In this document: in pieces, positions 58,961-64,000 of the stretch
How positions within the stretch are numbered: the first letter of the stretch is position 1
How the letters are laid out: each line of letters starts with the position of its first letter
Origin: Orbicella franksi
Taxonomy: Eukaryota
Length of the DNA stretch: 64,000 bases
Assembly: GCA_964199315.1 (NCBI GenBank)
Contig: OZ116709.1
Span: 23,808,001 to 23,872,000 of the forward strand
Reading direction: 5' to 3'
Program-made: the position numbers and the translations under genes
The notes under the pieces: generated by a model
Databases searched by the model: none
Told to the model about the DNA's origin: nothing
What the model saw: the letters and a program-made list of their open reading frames with translations, nothing else

Positions 58961-60301
58961 TTCTGTCTTGGCTTGAGAAGGACAATCTGAAAGAGGACAT
59001 CAAATCGCATCATGATTGGTACACATCATGAATAACCATGCATGTAACACCGAAGAGAACGCACATTACTTAAAGAGAACACTTTTTCATATTTCTTGTA
59101 CACAAAGAAGGTTTTGGTCGTTTTGGTCGCTTAGTTTCCGTCGGCGGGTTCCTAAGCAAGTGAACCGAGTCACTTGTTAATTAGGACTAAGGCTGAGCCG
59201 GTAAGTGAGAAAACTTGACGCTCACATGTCAACATACAAAGCAGTTGAGAGAATTAAACAACACAGATTATAGCATCCTTGGTGAAACAGTTTGAAGCCA
59301 ATGTTGATTATGTGTCGTCTCCCTGATCTCTATGCTCCAATAGGTAGATCGATAGTACAGAGAGTGGAAACCTTTTTTCGCTAAAAATAGAGATGAAAAC
59401 AATTCCCCGCATCAGCTGGCAGGACTGTGGGGTCTTTAACTTATACATTCTAGATAATGTCAAAGCTCAGATAAAAAAAAATACTGGATTTAATTTCAGT
59501 TACTTTCAGTTTCTATTCAAATCAAGAATAACTGACCCTTAACCGGGACACTTGCTTAGTCGAGACAGCAAGATTCCTATGGCGTGAAATTATTAGTGCT
59601 TTGTCTCCAGTTGGCCGGTGATAACTAGCTTACATCTCCGAGCAAAAACGAATTTTCGGTAGCTTATGTTATTGCTGGTTTCAGGTGACTAGTATTTCTA
59701 TAAAAGATCATTAGGGGGTTGAGATGAATCGGTATCTTTAACGTTCACACAAGAAACCGGTTGCCATTTAAATTCACTCATCCGGTTAAGATTTTAAAGT
59801 TTTTTCTCCTTACTTTCAGCTTACGAGTAAAACCTGCCAATAAACATATAAAGAAAATTCTAAACGAAAGGTCATGAACTCGATTTCATTATAAAGAACA
59901 TGTTTTTATACCAATAATAGCGAATAGAACAAAGATCTCCACTAACTAGTGCTAAAACTCGACTGCAGTTCTCAGTTTCGTTGAAGCGAAGAAAACCTTT
60001 TGATAGTTCTATTTTACTTAAGACTAAAAGAAACCAAATCAAATGTTTCTGAACATACCTCTAGATGATTATGAGTTGAGAAACCCGCTGACAAAAACGC
60101 ATTTTGCAGGAGAATTTAAGCCATATTGGCCGCTACCCAGAAGGGTTAACGCTTCGGACGAACAAGTCTGGTGATAAACTAATTAAGTATGGAAAATGAG
60201 ATCATCAAATTATTATTGGTGATTATCGAGAAGTCGAGAATAAAGCGAATCATTGATCCGTATGTTAGGGTACTGAGAATCTCTTACGGCAGAGTTCGAT
60301 C

Positions 60302-60470
60302 CCCGGCGGGGGAGGGTACTCCCTTATATGGGCTATATAATGCTATGTGCGGCCCCAAAGGGTAGGGTTTTTCAGCCGTTTTGGTCATAAACAGGGTAGG
60401 AAAAATCGCAGATTTTGGTCATAAATAGGGTACGGGTTTTGGGAAGTGGGCCGCACACCCCCAACCAGCT
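60302..60470. mobile_element. Partial MITE (cccgg...gggtactccc family)
   Basis: Left terminus resembles the element at 53928-54279; internal ttttggtcataaa(c/t)agggta duplication. Confidence 0.5.
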
Positions 60471-60533
60471 GAAAAGGACCTAGGGCCTCGGATGCAATAG
60501 TTGTTTACCAAAAGACTGTCGTATATAAGTATA

Positions 60534-60749
60534 CCGTATTTTCTTGATTAAACGCCCCAGGCGTTTATTTATTCGAGCCTGGAGTTTATGAGAGTTTTTA
60601 TTCAATGTTTTTAGAGCTTTAAAATATCTTATAATTATACCTAAAGCTTACTATACCTCGAATATAGATTCCTTGACGGTATTATTTACGAATCTACGTG
60701 GGAGACCCGGCTTTTATTCGAGACCCGGCGTTTAATCGAGAAAATATGG
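60534..60749. mobile_element. Tc1/mariner-type MITE (216 bp)
   Basis: TA|ccgtattttcttgattaaacgcc ... ggcgtttaatcgagaaaatatgg|TA. Confidence 0.8.
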
Positions 60750-60751
60750 TA

Positions 60752-61167
60752 AACATTTCAAAATAAAAATGAGCGATAGAAATTTTACATAACGTTTCGA
60801 TGTCGTCATGACATCATTATTAAGTGACAAGAAAATAACGGTTCAACAGTGTTATATATGTGGTGAGAGGCGTGATTGTTCATTAACATATTTGTTTTTT
60901 AACATGTTTGATTTACGAAATGCTGTTTATTAGAAAGAAGAAACCTACCCTGAACACGCAATCGGATTCCGTCCGCGCGAAACTATTTGTTTAAACAAAT
61001 GTGTTAATGAACAATCACGCCTCTCACCGCATATATAACACTGTTGAACCGTTATTTTCTTGTCACTTGATAATGATGTCACGACGACATCGAAACGTTG
61101 TGTAAAATTTCTATCGCTCATTTTTATTTTGAAATGTTTATCGAAATTTAATCTCAGTAAAATACGG
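60752..61167. repeat. Long inverted repeat / foldback element (arms ~145 bp, spacer ~90 bp)
   Basis: 60752-60896 (aacatttcaaaataaaaatgagcgatagaaatttt...gaggcgtgattgttcattaaca) is the reverse complement of ~60991-61139 with few mismatches. The right end aaaatacgg|TA resembles a Tc1 terminus. Confidence 0.9.
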
Positions 61168-62033
61168 TAAGACAAAAGTAATATTAAAATTCCCAAACAA
61201 CTGAAATTATGAAATCTTAAGTATACTTCTCATCTCAGTTTGCCGCCACATAAAAATCAAGGTGTAATGAAGAGTAACTAACAATAGTTATCAGCAATTT
61301 AGATCATCATTCCGTATTTGATTAGGCATGTTTATGAGTTAAGCAGACTTTTACTAGAGAGGGACGCATTATTTTGCCTACTGCAGTCAAAAATGGCCAA
61401 ACATTGCTTCCGGTTCGCAGGCCAGAAACCAGATCTCCAAAGGTCAAGTGCCAAAGAAAGTGAAAACTTGGTAAGAGAAAAGAATTGGCGAGGTAAATAG
61501 ATTTTTAGTATCGACGCAAACGAAACAGTGGAACATAGTTGCTGTTTTCGCCCGACATTTTAGTAAGTTCCACATAACAGTGAGAGCTGGTGGAGTTGTC
61601 GTTCCAGTAGCGTAAATTGTCCATATAAATTGTACCAGCTAAACTGATTCGGCAAGGTGAGAAATCCTTCCAGCTGCGCTATTAGAACTGCGACAGTCTC
61701 GTTTATGAAATCAAATCACAACAAGTTTATTGAACAAATACATGTTTAATTCTTTTTTAGCGTGTTATGTCAATCAAAAATGATCGATCAATTAAATGTA
61801 CAAATCATCTTTCAAAAAACTAGAATCATTTTACAGAGTAAATCTGAAAGACTAGGGTACTGAGCAGGTCTACATTAACTGACTCTTAGACCTGGTGTCG
61901 AGAGATACGCGGCACGGCATTTGATTGGTTGAAATATAAAGTCTACTTATAATGGTTTCATTTTGCTCTACACTCCGTCGTCTCTCTCTCCGGTGTATGA
62001 AATGCAGACTACAAGAAATCAATAACTGTTCTT

Positions 62034-63941
62034 TTAGTGCTTCTTTGGTTTGGTGACCTTCTGTAGCTGTGTGGCTGCCTGGCTTAGCTCCTCCGCCGGG
62101 TTGATATCTTGAGGAATGGGAGCCTGGGACACAGTTCCGGCAACGTTCTTCTGGATTTGACCTTGACCTTGACCTTGATGTTGCCCCTGAACTTGACCTA
62201 GTGCAGCTCCTACAGCCTTTCCGTTTCCTACAAGACGACTCACTAAGGAGGCAATAGCTTTGGGAGGTAAGGAAGCTGCCATCTGAGCTACAGACGCGTC
62301 AAGCTTTGCAGGGGCGGCCTTGGGTGCTGACTGTGGCTGTTTCTGGGAAGATGCATCTTTAGCTGCTGGTGCATTGTTTACAGCCTTGACCACTGCTGGG
62401 GCCTGGGGTGGTTGCTGAGCGGAACCTGGTGCTGGTTTTGAGTTGCTGTCAGATTTACTTACTCCCTTAGTTCCACTGTCAGCAGCAGTCTTTGCTTTGC
62501 CTGCGGCGGACACAGCACCTTCATTATTAACTTTATCTGCTTGGTTTCCTTTGCTTGGTGGTTTTTTCTGTGGTTCATCTCCATGTTCTTGTTTGACTTC
62601 GTCGTTGAACTGAGTAGAATCTGATTTTTCATGCGAGAACTTCGGTCCCTGAAATTCCTCTTCCCCCTCGTTCTCCATACTCTGATAACCCGGCATGGCC
62701 GGACGTCTGCCATTAATCTTTTCATAATTTGGCATATCAGTATTTTCACCATTCATGTTGTTCATCTCGACAGACCGGAAGTTGCTGTAGTCGGAATCAT
62801 GGATGGTGTACTCTGGCCACGAGTTTGCGTCATACAAGTACGCATTGGGATCGTAGCCGCCAGGTGAAGCCTGCGAGGGGTCAGTGGACGTCTCCTTTGG
62901 AGCATGAGCAGCACTGCTACTACTGATTTTGGCTTTGATAGCAGGATTCGCTCCTGGTGGCATTCCATTGGGTAAAGCAGCCATGTTTGAGATTTTTAAG
63001 GCTGAATCGTCATCAATCCCTTGGTCTGCCAGCAGAGCTCAAAAACAGGAAAAAGAGAAATAAATGAGGTTTTGGTTTATAACCATGTAGCATGTTAGAT
63101 ACGTGAGGGATGGGTCACCTTAAATTTATTTTTGTCGTATAATTAATTAAAGGCCATAGGAGTAGAAATCTGAAGGCAAAGATCGCCACCTTCCCGTCGA
63201 CGAGAGTTCAAAAATAAAGCTGTGCGAGCGGTCATACCGTATCTTTGTCGTTTAAAGTGCTGGGTTGATTGCAACATAAAAAACCGACTGAAATACTACT
63301 ATCAGCTTAACTGAACCCTAAGGCAGTGTCGTTCACGGCACCGGCGAGCGTTCACTTGTACATTTCTAGAGTTAGAATGAGTTTTGCTATTAGGCATGTC
63401 CCTTTACCATTACACGAAATAAATGACGGCTTTGAGAGTGCATCGTTACTGGTGGCTAGGCAGGGCTGTCGGTTTTGTGACAAAAGTTGTTTACCATTTA
63501 CACGGAGACGGAAAAACCGGCTCGCCAACGGTTTGTGCAAATAGTAAGCAAAATTGCATAATGGCCTTAAGTTGCGTTCGGGCGAGTTCGAAATTCAACC
63601 TAATCCTAATTCAAAAATGGCAGTGAAGAGTTGCAAATGATAGGCACATTTTCCACTCGGAAATTTCGGTTGGAAATTTTGGACTACCTTTCAAGGCGTA
63701 CCGCTTTTTTCGGAAATTTCCCGGTCGGTCTAGCCAAAATTGTCTTACCATTTACTTTCTGATCAAGATTTTCCGGAATAAACAACCACAATTTCAGCAA
63801 AAGTTATTGTGTTCTAGATTGTAATTTATTGACTACCTGTCTCGGCTGCCATTTCGTTGTTAATATACTGCTTGTTATAGTTCTGAAGTTGGTTCAGCTC
63901 TTCTGCCTCGCTGGGTTGTAAACTCTCTGGGTTTTGCATTA
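62034..63941 (-). CDS. 3' part (last two visible exons) of an uncharacterised low-complexity acidic then Ala/Pro/Gln/Lys-rich protein; 5' end outside the window
   Basis: Internal exon 63837-63941 (TTTTACAG acceptor, G|GTAGTC donor, 105 nt, phase 1-1: MQNPESLQPSEAEELNQLQNYNKQYINNEMAAET) splices in frame to exon 62034-63037 (long pyrimidine tract, ~334 open codons, TAA). AATAAA lies at 61724-61729. Confidence 0.8.
63486..63787. mobile_element. MITE (~300 bp) of the ggttgtttaccatttac family, in the intron of the low-complexity gene
   Basis: Termini gttgtttaccatttac / gaataaacaacc. The right half matches 48410-48571. Confidence 0.65.
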
Positions 63942-64000
63942 CTGTAAAATGAGAACTGCGATATAATTACGAGACTCTAAAAGCCGGCAGCCACTACGGG

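Noticed and set aside
62034-63037. Neuropeptide precursor interpretation of the low-complexity protein
   Set aside because: Only one G-RR site and no repeated peptide cassettes.
1365-63626. The many 60-130-aa ORFs in the supplied track
   Set aside because: They are antisense or alternate-frame shadows of real exons, read-through into introns, or fall within repeats and AT-rich DNA, with no domain signal.

Overview
Eukaryotic, intron-containing, AT-rich genomic DNA. Gene content and the repeat families recalled from anthozoans suggest a stony coral (inference). Six protein-coding loci can be supported. (1) A 4-exon KLF10/11 (TIEG/cabut-type) zinc-finger gene (-). (2) A 3-exon class A peptide-type GPCR (-). 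(3) A 16-exon SLC2A10/12-like sugar transporter (+). (4) An intronless 1252-aa orphan surface protein with signal peptide, Pmp-like beta-helix repeats, Cys-rich stalk and about 8-9 TM helices (+). (5) A 5-exon secreted CAP/GAPR-1-like gene (-), largely missed by the ORF track, with a degenerate conserved tetrad. (6) The last two exons of a low-complexity protein gene (-) that continues beyond the window. The rest is dense with MITEs, tRNA-derived SINEs and truncated RTE, L1/Tx1 and L2 LINEs, several with visible TSDs and nesting. The main leads are a perfect ChoRE-consensus element plus CACGTG boxes at the KLF10/11 promoter (possible pre-bilaterian Mondo/Mlx sugar-sensing circuit), the beta-helix/multi-TM orphan receptor, the non-canonical CAP protein, and a dileucine sorting signal built across the GLUT exon1/exon2 junction. 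All gene models were assembled by hand from splice signals and frame continuity; no database search was run.
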